A DNA stretch of 63,914 bases, filler included, from Nanobdellota archaeon (GCA_003660925.1; 5 parts of 5 records of this genome joined end to end with filler, not necessarily neighbours in it); one strand, 5' to 3'; positions 50,278 to 60,696 are shown, counted from the whole stretch's first letter. Notes: a model not told the origin generated them from the letters alone. Program-made: numbers and translations.

Positions 50278-51450
50278 ATGAGGTTGGTGAATAAGGAGTT
50301 GTGCGTTAAGTGCAAGGGGAGGTTGTTCTGTGGGCTCAAGAAATGTCCCTTGTTAGAGAAGGCGAGATTTTACCCGAAGGGGAGAGAAATAGGAAGGGAG
50401 TTGGAGTCCACGAGCCCTCCTAGCGTGTTCATCGGGAGATATAACTATCCGAACGTGAACATGGGCATCTTGGCGCCCTCTTTCCCTGTAGATGAGCCCT
50501 GGATCCTGGATTCTCCTACTTTCTGGAGCGAGCAAGAAGTAGGGATAGAAAAGGTGGCGCGGTATAGGAGCATCCTGGTGAACGCGAGAACTAGGGATGA
50601 GAGGTACTTAGAATACATCCAGCTGGCAGCTTTGTCCACGAGGCCCGTGGACGTGGAGCTGAAATTGGAAGGAAAGTCGAGGGTGAGGGGCTTGAGATTT
50701 AATCCCGAAACCCCTCCCATGGGGCCGCCTGTAGAGTTGAAGAAAGTCGAATTGACCAGCGAGCCCAGGGTCCCAAAGAAGGTGGAGGAGGTGGTCGAGG
50801 ACGAGATCAAGGCGGAAGAAGGTCTGTTTTACCTCTACGAACATCATTTCGATAAGTACTACTTGGAAAAGGTGTTCAGCGCAGGCCTCCTTGGGATCAA
50901 GAAGAGAATCGTCCCGACCCGATGGAGCATAACAGCCACTGATGACATACTCGCTAAGAAGATGTTGGAAGAGATCAGGCAGTTTCCAGTTTTGGACGAT
51001 TACATGATCTTCAGAGGAGGACATTACGGTAATTACTTTACCATCTTCTTCCTTCCTGACAAATGGAGCTTCGAGCTCTTTGAGCTTTGGAAGCCCAGGT
51101 CTTTCTGGTGGAGAGGGGAAAAGGTCAAGGTAAACAGCGACTTCGAAGGATTTTACGGGAGGAAGGACTACGCGGAGAATACGGGAGGAGGATATTATGC
51201 GGCCCGGCTCCCCATCGTTGAGTATCTATACGAGAAAAGGAGGCAGGCAAGCGTCATAGTGGTGAGGCACATAACCCCGGACTACTACCTTCCTTTGGGG
51301 GTTTGGGTGGTGAGAGAAGGTGTGAGGAAGGCATTGAGGGATGGGAGGAAATCGAGTTTGGAAGGAGTTAAATCCCTCTTGAAGCCCTTCAGGAGCCGTG
51401 TCCTAGATTTTCATACGAGACAGAAAAGGCTTTTTGACTATGAGGTGTGA
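50278..51450 (+). CDS. nreA: Nre-family DNA repair protein
   Basis: C..CKG...CG...CP, SPPSVFIG..NYP, VPTRWSITATD, GG.YYA.RL, PLGVWVVRE, C-terminal PIP QKRLFDY. Confidence 0.92.
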   Translation: MRLVNKELCVKCKGRLFCGLKKCPLLEKARFYPKGREIGRELESTSPPSVFIGRYNYPNVNMGILAPSFPVDEPWILDSPTFWSEQEVGIEKVARYRSILVNARTRDERYLEYIQLAALSTRPVDVELKLEGKSRVRGLRFNPETPPMGPPVELKKVELTSEPRVPKKVEEVVEDEIKAEEGLFYLYEHHFDKYYLEKVFSAGLLGIKKRIVPTRWSITATDDILAKKMLEEIRQFPVLDDYMIFRGGHYGNYFTIFFLPDKWSFELFELWKPRSFWWRGEKVKVNSDFEGFYGRKDYAENTGGGYYAARLPIVEYLYEKRRQASVIVVRHITPDYYLPLGVWVVREGVRKALRDGRKSSLEGVKSLLKPFRSRVLDFHTRQKRLFDYEV

Positions 51451-52226
51451 AATTCTATCACATCACCATCCTCCAACACGTAATTGAGCCCGACCTTCTT
51501 CACCTTTCCCTTCCTCCATAACTTGGCGAACCTGAAGTTTTCCACGAAATCCTTGTGTATCTTTTCCCCAGCCTCCTTCACTGTTGCCCCCTTCCTCAAG
51601 GCCATTGCCTTTTCGGGCTTTTTTCCGATGGGTTTTGGGTAGACTTTAACGAATCCCAAAGCCTTCCAGATCCTTTCTTTTGCTTTAGAGAAATCCCTGA
51701 GAACGATGAAGGGTCTGTCCAATCCTTCCATTTCCTTCAAACAAAACTCCTCGTCTCCCAAGATCACCACCAGATCGCTTGAGTACAAAATGCTCATTTC
51801 CTTCCCCCTCTTCCTCCCATATCCCGGGAAGACGCTTGGAAGCTCTATGAGCTGTATCTTAATACCTTCGTAATCTATCATCCCGACCTCGGGTTTCTGA
51901 GTCTCGAAGGGCTTCGGGGTTGAAGGCACGTTCTTTCCGGTTAAGGAATTGAGAAGGAAGGACTTCCCAGAATTAGGAGTCCCAAACAAGACGACCCTCG
52001 CTTCTCCCTCTTTCTTTATCCCCTTTCTCCCCCTCTTCTTTCTCTTCCCCTCCTCTTTCAGGAGAGATATCTTCCTTCTTATCTGGGCCACGAGCTTTTC
52101 TGTTCCTTTATGTTTAGGTATGAGACTCAACATCTTCTTCAAAGCCCTTATCTTCTCCTCGGGGCTCTTGGCCTTGTGATACTCTTCCTCAGCCGAGAAG
52201 TACTCGCCGGGGAGGTTGGTTACCAT
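51438..52226 (-). CDS. DRG/Obg-like GTPase with TGS domain (short, degenerate motifs)
   Basis: PKHKGTEKL, GTPNSGKS, IHKDF...FR.AK.W, LEDGDVIEFH. Confidence 0.85.
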   Translation of the reverse strand: MVTNLPGEYFSAEEEYHKAKSPEEKIRALKKMLSLIPKHKGTEKLVAQIRRKISLLKEEGKRKKRGRKGIKKEGEARVVLFGTPNSGKSFLLNSLTGKNVPSTPKPFETQKPEVGMIDYEGIKIQLIELPSVFPGYGRKRGKEMSILYSSDLVVILGDEEFCLKEMEGLDRPFIVLRDFSKAKERIWKALGFVKVYPKPIGKKPEKAMALRKGATVKEAGEKIHKDFVENFRFAKLWRKGKVKKVGLNYVLEDGDVIEFHTS

Positions 52227-52269
52227 GCGTAAAGAATAGTTTTATAAAATATGTTTTTTGCTCTTTCCC

Positions 52270-52764
52270 ATGGACATCATTCAGTTGGCCAGGGCAATTG
52301 TGGCCCTAATCGCCGGGATAGTTGGTGGGAGGCTCTTAAGCGAAGTCTTGGAGTCCCTCCTGAAGAAGTTTAAGCAGAGGATTGATATAGAGGAGCCTAC
52401 GATTTATCTCTTTTCGAGCCTCTTGAGATACCTCATCTACATCCTCTCTTTCTTTGTAGCCATCTTGCAGTTCGAATTCGGAGGAGCTTTGATAGAGTTG
52501 GCTTCCTTCGTACTCATTCTCGCGGTCATAGTGACTCTCATATATTCTTTTAAAGACTTGGTGACTAATGCCGTTTCTGGTTACTATCTCGTGAAAAGGG
52601 AGATAATTAGACCAGGAGATGAAGTGGAGATAAATGGGGTGAGCGGTAGGGTGAGGAGGATAACAGAGGTGGTTATAGAGATAGAGACTAAAGATGGAAT
52701 AATGGTTCTCCCGAATTCTGTGGCTATGAAGAGAAAAATAATTAAAAAGGAGACCACTCATTAA
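52270..52764 (+). CDS. MscS-family small mechanosensitive channel-like protein
   Basis: TM helices, KDLVTNAVSG, GDEVEING..G.V..I, LPNS. Confidence 0.8.
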   Translation: MDIIQLARAIVALIAGIVGGRLLSEVLESLLKKFKQRIDIEEPTIYLFSSLLRYLIYILSFFVAILQFEFGGALIELASFVLILAVIVTLIYSFKDLVTNAVSGYYLVKREIIRPGDEVEINGVSGRVRRITEVVIEIETKDGIMVLPNSVAMKRKIIKKETTH

Positions 52765-52780
52765 AGGTAGGTGGTCGAAC

Positions 52781-53011
52781 ATGGTGGTCGCTTATATACT
52801 GATGGTGGTTGAACCCGGAAGCGAGAGCAAGGTGGCTGCTCAACTCCTAAAGAAGAGCGAGGTGAAGGATGCAGCAGTGGTTTACGGGGAATATGATATC
52901 ATATGCAAAGTGGAAGTGGACTCCATGGAGGCCCTTCAAAACTTCGTCATAGGTCTCAGGAAGGGCAACAAGGCAATAAGAAGGACCACAACCATGATCG
53001 CAGTGCGGTGA
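52781..53011 (+). CDS. Stand-alone Lrp/AsnC ligand-binding domain protein
   Basis: AYIL..VEPG.E, VYGEYDII.KVE, T.TMI. Confidence 0.9.
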   Translation: MVVAYILMVVEPGSESKVAAQLLKKSEVKDAAVVYGEYDIICKVEVDSMEALQNFVIGLRKGNKAIRRTTTMIAVR

Positions 53012-53012
53012 G

Positions 53013-53492
53013 ATGGACGAGTACCTTTCCTTCCTCGTTTACTCCCTACTCCGAAACCCTCTTCTAGACGTGCTCTCGGGGCTCCTCGACGTCTTGTTTT
53101 CTTTTGAGTTCCTTTTTTCCTTTCTCCTCGTGAACTTGGTGATAAATAGGGAAAAGAAGATGTACCTTGTTTTCCTCGCTCTACTGACCAATGGATTTAT
53201 TATCACCTCCCTAAAGTTCCTCATAGCCCGTCCGAGACCTTTCTACGGTTCGGGTGAGTTCTTACATTCTTTTCCTTCCGGCCACACTTCTAACGCCTTC
53301 CTCTTGGCCACTTTTTACTCGTATTTCTTTCCCGAAAGGAAGAAACTTTCTTATTTCATAGCTTCCCTAGTGGCCTTCTCTAGGGTTTATTTGGGCTCCC
53401 ACTACTTGAGCGACGTGTTCGCGGGAGCTTTGCTGGGGTACGTGATTGCCATCATATTTATAACCAAGAAAAGCCACATTTTCAAATCATGA
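53013..53492 (+). CDS. PAP2-family phosphatase
   Basis: K..IARPRP, SFPSGH, SRVYLG.HY.SDV. Confidence 0.93.
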   Translation: MDEYLSFLVYSLLRNPLLDVLSGLLDVLFSFEFLFSFLLVNLVINREKKMYLVFLALLTNGFIITSLKFLIARPRPFYGSGEFLHSFPSGHTSNAFLLATFYSYFFPERKKLSYFIASLVAFSRVYLGSHYLSDVFAGALLGYVIAIIFITKKSHIFKS

Positions 53493-54109
53493 TAATAATC
53501 TGCGCAGCTCACCCTGACGACGAGGTCCTTGGGGCGGGTGCCACTATCGCGAAACTGGCTAGGGAGGAGGAAGTGGTCTCCATCACCTTCTCCTACGGGC
53601 AGAATTGGCCCTTTTGGAAGGATAAAGAAGAGGTTAAGAGGATGAGGAGAAAGGAAGCGAGGAAGGCGGCAAGGATCTTAGGGATTAAAGAGGAGCACTT
53701 CCTGGGATTGAGGGACGGAAAGATAGAAGAAGATTTCACCCCAGATGTCATGAGGAGGCTTAAGGAAATCTTCGAGGAAAAGAAACCAGACAAAGTGTTC
53801 TACCATTCCTCCTTCGATGGCCACAAGGATCACTTGGCGGTGAACTCCATAATGGACAGGTTCCTGAAGATGATTAAGTATGAAGGTGAGGTCTACAAAT
53901 TCGAGATAAACCTCTGGAACTGGTTCAACCTAATGCCATTCAAGATATTCGACGTGTCTGACACTTTTAGACAAAAGCTCAAGGCACTGGACGTGTTCTC
54001 CTCACAGTGGGTTTGGGTGGCTCCCTTGAAGTACATCATGACCGTCAAGGCCATGTACTACGGGAGGAAGATAGGGGCAAAGTACGGGGAGAGCTTTTAC
54101 TTGACATGA
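53489..54109 (+). CDS. PIG-L family N-acetylglucosaminyl deacetylase
   Basis: AHPDDE..G.G.TI, R..EA..AA..LG, D.H.DH, K..AL..F.SQ. Confidence 0.9.
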   Translation: MIIICAAHPDDEVLGAGATIAKLAREEEVVSITFSYGQNWPFWKDKEEVKRMRRKEARKAARILGIKEEHFLGLRDGKIEEDFTPDVMRRLKEIFEEKKPDKVFYHSSFDGHKDHLAVNSIMDRFLKMIKYEGEVYKFEINLWNWFNLMPFKIFDVSDTFRQKLKALDVFSSQWVWVAPLKYIMTVKAMYYGRKIGAKYGESFYLT

Positions 54110-55158
54110 GGCGCGTGCTCTTTTCAGTCTTGGGGGTTGGACTCGGACATGCTACTAGAGTGCACGCCATCCTTAACGAGCTCAGAGGGGTGAAGTACAA
54201 GATACTCGCCTCAGGGGAGGCTTATAAATACTTCAGGCTCAAGGGGTTTACTCCCATAAAACTGGGAGGGATCGAGTTCCCGGAGAAGGAGTTCGCCTTC
54301 GACCTCTTCTCCACCCTATTGAAGAACTTGGATTATCCCATAAAGATGACCACGAATTACAGGAAGATAGTGAGCGTGCTGGAGGAGTTCAGGCCGGATG
54401 TCATCTTCTGCGACTCAGAACCAAGTACTTTCTTGGTGGCGGAGGCCAAGGGCTATCCTCTTTACTCCCTCACGAACCTCATAACCCTCTTCGATGAAGC
54501 GAAGCGCGTGAGCCTTACGAAAGAGATGGAGAGACAGCTTTTTGTGATAAAGAGGTTGATGGAGCACGTGATAAGGAACTCCGAGAAAGTGTTCGTCCCC
54601 ACGTTCATCAAAGCCAAGAGCTACTTAAGGAGGATAACCTATGTGAATCCCATCGTGAGGAAGGAGAGAGGACAAGTGAAGGAGAGAGACTTTTATCTCG
54701 TCATGTTGGGGGGTTCCCCCTTTGCTTACCACGTGCTAGGAAAGATCATAGAGTTGGCCTCCTCTTACGAGAGCAGGAGATTCGTGATATCCACCAACTG
54801 GCTCCTGAGGGGCATAAGCAAGAGGAGGAATATGGTCCTCTACCCCTTTCTCCCCCTGTCTTACATGAAACACGCCAGGGCGGTCATAACTTTGGGAGGG
54901 TACTCAACCTTGAGCGAGGCGGTCTCCTTCAAGAAACCTGTCTTGTCAGTTCCCATAAAAGGACATGTTGAACAATTCCTCAACGCTCACATGATAGAAA
55001 GGCTAGGGTTCGGACTCATGTGTAGGAGGGTGGAGAAACTGGAGAAATATGTGGAGAAGTTCTTCGAGAAGGAGGAGGAGTTCAGGGAGAACTTGGAAAA
55101 GGCTAACGTGAGGGGGAATGGTGCGGAACAAATAGCCCGATCCCTACAGGGACTCTAA
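54106..55158 (+). CDS. GT-B glycosyltransferase (GT28/MJ1255-like)
   Basis: GVGLGHATR, PDVIFCDSE, GGYSTLSEA...KKP...P..GHVEQ..NA. Confidence 0.85.
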   Translation: MRRVLFSVLGVGLGHATRVHAILNELRGVKYKILASGEAYKYFRLKGFTPIKLGGIEFPEKEFAFDLFSTLLKNLDYPIKMTTNYRKIVSVLEEFRPDVIFCDSEPSTFLVAEAKGYPLYSLTNLITLFDEAKRVSLTKEMERQLFVIKRLMEHVIRNSEKVFVPTFIKAKSYLRRITYVNPIVRKERGQVKERDFYLVMLGGSPFAYHVLGKIIELASSYESRRFVISTNWLLRGISKRRNMVLYPFLPLSYMKHARAVITLGGYSTLSEAVSFKKPVLSVPIKGHVEQFLNAHMIERLGFGLMCRRVEKLEKYVEKFFEKEEEFRENLEKANVRGNGAEQIARSLQGL

Positions 55159-55518
55159 CAACCTCTGGACTCGCTTCACGAGCTCTTCGAAATAACTTTT
55201 CTTCAAGAACACGCTGTTCTTCCACCCGTTGGCGGTCACGGCGTCCCTTCCCGCCTTCCTGAAGTCCTTGGAGCTCAAGTTTTTCAGGAAGAAGTACAAC
55301 TCACACATATCTCTCTTCGTGGATCTGTTCACGTTTAACACGTAGAAGTCCGTTTCCACGTCGGTCGCGTCTCTTTGTAGGTAGCTCACCCCGAAGTTCA
55401 GGGCATTCATGAGGAAGAAGATTATGTTCTTTATGTCTTGAGCGGACAGCGCCTCGAAATCCCTGAGTAGCTGTTTCGCCTTCTCCAATTCTAACATCGC
55501 CCTCTCCTTGAAATTCAC
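55144..55518 (-). CDS. Hypothetical protein
   Basis: Overlaps upstream gene by 4 nt; helical. Confidence 0.65.
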   Translation of the reverse strand: MNFKERAMLELEKAKQLLRDFEALSAQDIKNIIFFLMNALNFGVSYLQRDATDVETDFYVLNVNRSTKRDMCELYFFLKNLSSKDFRKAGRDAVTANGWKNSVFLKKSYFEELVKRVQRLLESL

Positions 55519-55913
55519 ACCTTCAAGAATGCTTTCACCCCCTCTATGAGCTCCTTCACCTCCTTCTGGGTTATGATGTAACTTCTGTAATCTTTAGTTA
55601 AAACGATTATGTTCCCGTTCCTGAGGAAGTTCATACTCTCCTTCCGCTTTATGTTCACCAATTCGTACACCCTTTCTATGATGGGGAAGAGCTCCTTCTC
55701 CCCTATTTCTTTGTACATCTCCTTCAAGACCGTTATCTCCCTTGGGACGGGCTTCTTCGCTTCCCTTAACTTCTCCATCATGATGTGACGCAACGCTTTC
55801 TCTAGATGGTTCAGCGCGGAGAACACCAAATTCTTATCATTCAACATGCGCATGGTCGTGGTCAATATGTGGTCCGCGATCAAAATTTCTCTTTTCGCCT
55901 GTTCGAACATCAA
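55515..55913 (-). CDS. Hypothetical protein (HEPN-like helical bundle?)
   Basis: A.REI..ADH.L...; upstream TATA-like TTTAAAA. Confidence 0.7.
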   Translation of the reverse strand: MMFEQAKREILIADHILTTTMRMLNDKNLVFSALNHLEKALRHIMMEKLREAKKPVPREITVLKEMYKEIGEKELFPIIERVYELVNIKRKESMNFLRNGNIIVLTKDYRSYIITQKEVKELIEGVKAFLKV

Positions 55914-55963
55914 TATAATTTAAAAGGGCAAAGTTTTAAATTTACCTTGGATTTGGTGAGAGC

Positions 55964-56479
55964 ATGGCCAGATTAAGACCAGCGAGATGTTATAGGAGGG
56001 TTAAGAGGCCCTACACCAGGAAGAGTAGGTTTAGGGAGAAGTCTTTCGTGAAGGGATTCCCTCAACCTAAGATAACCATCTTCGACATGGGAAACCCCAA
56101 AGGGGAGTTCAAGTACAAGCTCTCCTTAATATCCAAGGACACCTTGCAGATAAGGCACAATGCCCTAGAGGCTGCTAGGGTGGCTGCTAATAAACTACTT
56201 TCTCCGCTGGGGGAAGCGTATCACTTCAAGATAAAGGTCTACCCTCATCACATCTTGAGGGAGAACCCCTTGGCTACTGGTGCTGGGGCGGATAGGTTCC
56301 AGCAAGGGATGGCCAGGGCCTTCGGGAAGCCTATAGGGACCGCGGCCCAGGTGAAGAAGAATCAAGAGATCATGTTCGTGAGGGTGAACGAGGAACACTT
56401 AGAGAGGGCGAAGGAAGCCCTTAGGAGGGCGGGACACAAATTGCCTTGTAAGTTCACCATAAAGGTCGAAGCCTCATGA
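55964..56479 (+). CDS. rpl10e: 50S ribosomal protein L10e (uL16)
   Basis: [30 protein letters not shown]...GM..AFGKP. Confidence 0.97.
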   Translation: MARLRPARCYRRVKRPYTRKSRFREKSFVKGFPQPKITIFDMGNPKGEFKYKLSLISKDTLQIRHNALEAARVAANKLLSPLGEAYHFKIKVYPHHILRENPLATGAGADRFQQGMARAFGKPIGTAAQVKKNQEIMFVRVNEEHLERAKEALRRAGHKLPCKFTIKVEAS

Positions 56480-58269
56480 GTTATATCGCCTGGTTCGAGG
56501 AGCTAGATAAGAATTCCATCGGGATAGCTGGCGGCAAGGGGGCCAACTTAGGGGAGATGCACAAGGCGGGGTTCCCCATCCCCCCTGGCTTTGTGGTGAC
56601 CGCGGATGCTTACTGGGATTTCATAACGAGCACCAACTTGAAGGAGCACATAGAGGAGCTCCTCAAGGATTTGGACGTGGAGGACACCAAGAAGCTTCAA
56701 GATGTCGCTAACCAGATACAGAAGCTCATAATCTCCCAAAAGATGCCCCTCCAGCTCAAGAGGGAAATCGTCAAGGCCTATAAGCAGTTGGGAGGGGAGA
56801 AGAAATTCGGCGAAGTCACTAAGAAAGTTCCCATGGTCTCCATCTCTAGGGAGCTCCCCTTCGTGGCAGTCAGGAGCTCCGCGACCGCGGAGGACCTCCC
56901 TGAGGCGAGCTTCGCCGGCCAACAGGCTACCTTCCTGAACGTGAGAGGGGAGGAACAGGTGGTGAAGGCGACCCAAGCGTGTTGGGCTTCTTTGTTCACC
57001 GCCAGGGCCATCTTCTATCGGGAGAAGAACAATTTCCCTCACATGAAGGTGAAGATAGCGGTCATCATCCAGCGCATGGTGGACGCTGATAAGTCAGGGG
57101 TCGCATTCAGTTCTCACCCCACTACTGGTGAACCAGTGATCATCATTGAGGCTGGGTGGGGGCTTGGGGAGTTGGTGGTGAGCGGGGCCATAACTCCTGA
57201 CAGGTATGTGGTGGACAAGAACACCATGAAGATCCTGGAGAAAAAACTGGGGAAGCAGGACAAGATGAGGGTGAAGGACCCATTAAGTGGGAAGACCATA
57301 GAAGTGGATGTCCCCTCGGAGAAGAAGGGAAAACAGGTCTTGAGCGACGAGGAGATCGTTGAACTCGCAAAGATCGTCAAGAAGATAGAAGAGCATTACA
57401 AAGCCCCTCAGGACGTGGAGTGGGCCATAGAGAGGGGAAGGATATTCATCGTCCAGACGAGGGCGGTGACCACCATAGGGAAGGAAGTGGAGGCAAAAGA
57501 GGTGAAGGGAGAAAAGATCCTGGAAGGTTTGGGGGCGAGTCCTGGGGTGGCGTCCGGGACCGTGAAGATAGTTCATGACCTTTCCGATTTGGATAAAGTG
57601 AAACAGGGAGATGTGTTGGTCACGGTGATGACGAATCCTGACATGGTCCCCGCCATGAAGAGGGCGGCCGCCATAGTGACGGATGAGGGGGGGATGACCT
57701 GCCATGCGGCCATAGTGAGCAGGGAGATGGGAATCCCCGCCATAGTCGGGACTGGTAATGCCACTAAGGTGTTGAAGGAAGGAGAAGTGGTCACGGTGGA
57801 CGCGACCCATGGTGTAGTTTACAAGGGGAAGGTGGAAATGGAGGAGAAGCCGAAAGAGGAGGCGAAGGTGGTCTATGAAGCGCCCGTGACCGCCACTAAG
57901 ATATACATGAACCTTGGAGTACCGGACAAGATAGACGAGTACAGGGACTTACCGTTCGACGGGATCGGTTTGATGAGGGAGGAATTCATAGTGGCTTCCG
58001 AGATAGGGAAACATCCCAACTACCTCATAGAGAAAGGGGAGGAGAACTTGTTCATAGAGAAGCTCGCTGCCGGGATAGAAAAAGTGGCGAAGGCAGTCTA
58101 TCCCAGGCCCGTCATAGTGAGGTTCTCTGACTTCAAGACCAATGAGTATAGGGACTTGGAAGGAGGGGAGAAGTACGAGCCAGAAGAGGGGAATCCCATG
58201 ATAGGTTGGAGGGGCTGTTCGAGGTACATAAGCCCGGAGTTCGAGAAGGCGTTCAGGTTGGAGTGCAAG
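56476..58269 (+). CDS. ppsA: Phosphoenolpyruvate synthase (3' truncated)
   Basis: [54 protein letters not shown]. Confidence 0.97.
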
Positions 58270-58369
58270 NNNNNNNNNNNNNNNNNNNNNNNNNNNNNNN
58301 NNNNNNNNNNNNNTTAATTAATTAANNNNNNNNNNNNNNNNNNNNNNNNNNNNNNNNNNNNNNNNNNNN
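58270..58369. other. Assembly spacer
   Basis: N run with TTAATTAATTAA at 58314-58325. Confidence 0.97.
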
Positions 58370-58887
58370 AACCAAATGTGCATCAAGCCGATCTCAGAGT
58401 TCCTCACCTTCAACTTCCCGCTCAAGGACCTCCAGAAGACTATCCCGACCCGAGAGGAGTCTATCTCCACCTCCCCGTCGACCTGCACCCTCAATTCCGA
58501 TATGGTGTTCTTCATGATCAGCTTGGAGCTCTCATCCTCCGTGGCGATGACCGTTTCACCTAGCCTTATCCTGTTGAGCCCTATCCACACTTCGTTGATC
58601 CCTTGCTTTAACCCCTCATACAACTTCGAGTTCTCCACGATCAGGGTGGCGTTGGGCCTGATCCTTATCCAATACTCGTTCTTGTACCTGCTGTTTATGG
58701 TGATCTCCGAGTTTCTTATGGTCAAGGTCTTTCCCTCCTCGATCACGAGATTCCCGTTTATCACAAGCTCCTTTCCCTCCATTACTGTGTCCTCTCTTAT
58801 GACCAAGTCCCCTTGGATCTCCTCAGCACTCGCGATGCCAAAGGACAGAAGAACGACGATCGAAAGCAGGGACAACTTCCCACTCAT
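58370..58887 (-). CDS. Secreted protein, probable beta-helix repeats (3' truncated)
   Basis: Signal peptide MSGKLSLLSIVVLLSFGIASA; repeated (L/V)xI.NS.I pattern. Confidence 0.65.
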
Positions 58888-58888
58888 C

Positions 58889-60238
58889 TCACGACCTCTT
58901 CTTTCGCCTTTTGTGCTCTTTTTTTGAACTCTTTGGAATGAATTTCTTGATGAGTACCAAGGAAAAGGGAAGGAGGCTCCAAGCGAAAATCTCCTTGATC
59001 TGAGCAACCCTCAAAATACTCGCGCCTTGGAGCGCTAGTTCTTTTGCCCTTTTGAAGTCCAGTAACCTATAAGCTTCTCTCGCCTTTTCGAGGAACACCT
59101 CCACCTTCTTCAACTCTTGTTTGAAGAGTATGAGCAAACAAGAATTCAACAGGTCCTCAGCATTCCTTATCGCTCTTTCCGCCTCGTCCCTGTCCCCAGA
59201 GAACACGTAGGAGATGCAAGGGCCACAATCTTCCTTACAGGTCATGCAATCCTCCCCGAGGTCACAAACTCCATCACCACAAGTGGGGCGCCCTGAAACC
59301 ACTACCTTCTCCTCCTTTCTCTCTTCTTCCTTAATGACCACCGTGAGGTTCTCCACGTTGCTTTCCACACCACCCGAAACAGCCTGAATCAAGATGTAAT
59401 GTTCCCCTGGATATTCTCCTGGTTTGAACTTCACGCTTAAGATGGCGAGGGCGGAGGAGTAAGGGGGGAGGGAAAGGTTCTTGGGCAAGCAATGGAATTC
59501 GTTAGCTCCTTCCAACAAGAAGGTCACGTTTTCCATGGTATAATTCGCGCTGTTCGTTAAGTTAATGGAGAAGTCCGCCACCCAGTTTTCCACTTCCTGA
59601 GATTTGGGAGTGACGTTTATCGATAAGGGAGATTGGAGGAAAACGAAGCCACCACCCCCTTCTAGACAAGCTCCACAGTCCTCCTGACAAGCGCATAGTT
59701 CCTCTGGATCGCAAAAACCGTCCCCGCAATAGGGGCAAGAAGGGGCACATAAGTTGTGACAACATATCTCGGAGAAGCACTCGTAATCGTCCGAACACGT
59801 TTCTCCGTAATACTTCCCACAGTCCTCCTCACAGTAGGGAGGTTCATTCACGTCGCATATCCCGTCTCCACAGATTTCTTGATGTACATCGAACTCGACA
59901 GTGGAATTCGTGGAGGGACCTGTAAACTCCGCAGTGCCCTCCACCCTCCAATACCCGTACTTGGGGTCGGGGGGTATCTTGAATGAGACGGAGCAGAAAC
60001 CATCGTAATTCGTGGTGCAGGATAGGACGGCCTTCGTCTCGTTGTCAGGATCCAAAATCTTTAAGGTCACATTCGCGCCATAGACAGGAGCTCCAGGAGC
60101 ATAGGAGACGTAAGAAGTTATCACCACGGTCTCATTCGCCACATAACCCTCCTTTTCCAGGATCAGGGAAAGGCCAGACATAGCAGGGGTGGCCAGGGAA
60201 ACGCTTAAGGGGATGAGAAGGAACACGAGCCACCTCAT
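58889..60238 (-). CDS. Secreted, C-terminally anchored Cys-rich protein (Ig-like domains plus CGDG.C repeats)
   Basis: Signal peptide; MG2-like YVANETV...G.W.V; three CGDG(I/F/V)CD...C..DCG repeats; C-terminal TM and basic tail. Confidence 0.75.
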   Translation of the reverse strand: MRWLVFLLIPLSVSLATPAMSGLSLILEKEGYVANETVVITSYVSYAPGAPVYGANVTLKILDPDNETKAVLSCTTNYDGFCSVSFKIPPDPKYGYWRVEGTAEFTGPSTNSTVEFDVHQEICGDGICDVNEPPYCEEDCGKYYGETCSDDYECFSEICCHNLCAPSCPYCGDGFCDPEELCACQEDCGACLEGGGGFVFLQSPLSINVTPKSQEVENWVADFSINLTNSANYTMENVTFLLEGANEFHCLPKNLSLPPYSSALAILSVKFKPGEYPGEHYILIQAVSGGVESNVENLTVVIKEEERKEEKVVVSGRPTCGDGVCDLGEDCMTCKEDCGPCISYVFSGDRDEAERAIRNAEDLLNSCLLILFKQELKKVEVFLEKAREAYRLLDFKRAKELALQGASILRVAQIKEIFAWSLLPFSLVLIKKFIPKSSKKEHKRRKKRS

Positions 60239-60288
60239 ATTTCACCCTTGTAATCAATACCTTTAAATGTTCCGGAGGGAAATACTCC

Positions 60289-60696
60289 TTGATGAGGTCT
60301 CAAATCTCTTTGGAGTACATAGTGCTCGTCTCGGCCATCCTCTTCATCCTCGTCCCCCTGTGGTCCTATTTCCTGTCCTACTACAACTCAGCTAAGGAGG
60401 AGATTTCCCTGAGCTACGCGAGGGATTTAGTGGACAGCGTTAGGGACATGGCGGATTTCGTCCACACGCAGGGGAGCCCGGCTAAGGTACTCTTGAAGGT
60501 TCACGTCCCGGAGAACGTGCTCTCCATAAACCTCACCGAGAACAGGATATCCATCTTCCTCTCCCTGAGTTCTGGAACCACTGAGGTCTACGCGGAATCC
60601 CGCGCCAACTTGACGGGTTACATACCTACCTCACCCGGCGATTATCTCCTCTCTCTAGAAGCGATGGAGGGCTATGTGAATGTCGCTCCAGCATAG
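60289..60696 (+). CDS. Class III signal peptide (pilin-like) protein
   Basis: MRS/QISLEY followed by hydrophobic helix. Confidence 0.75.
   Translation: MMRSQISLEYIVLVSAILFILVPLWSYFLSYYNSAKEEISLSYARDLVDSVRDMADFVHTQGSPAKVLLKVHVPENVLSINLTENRISIFLSLSSGTTEVYAESRANLTGYIPTSPGDYLLSLEAMEGYVNVAPA

Noticed and set aside
15914..58325. Four copies of TTAATTAATTAA as a biological repeat
   Set aside because: Each is centred in a 100-nt N spacer; it is an artificial contig linker, so cross-gap adjacency is not evidence of linkage.
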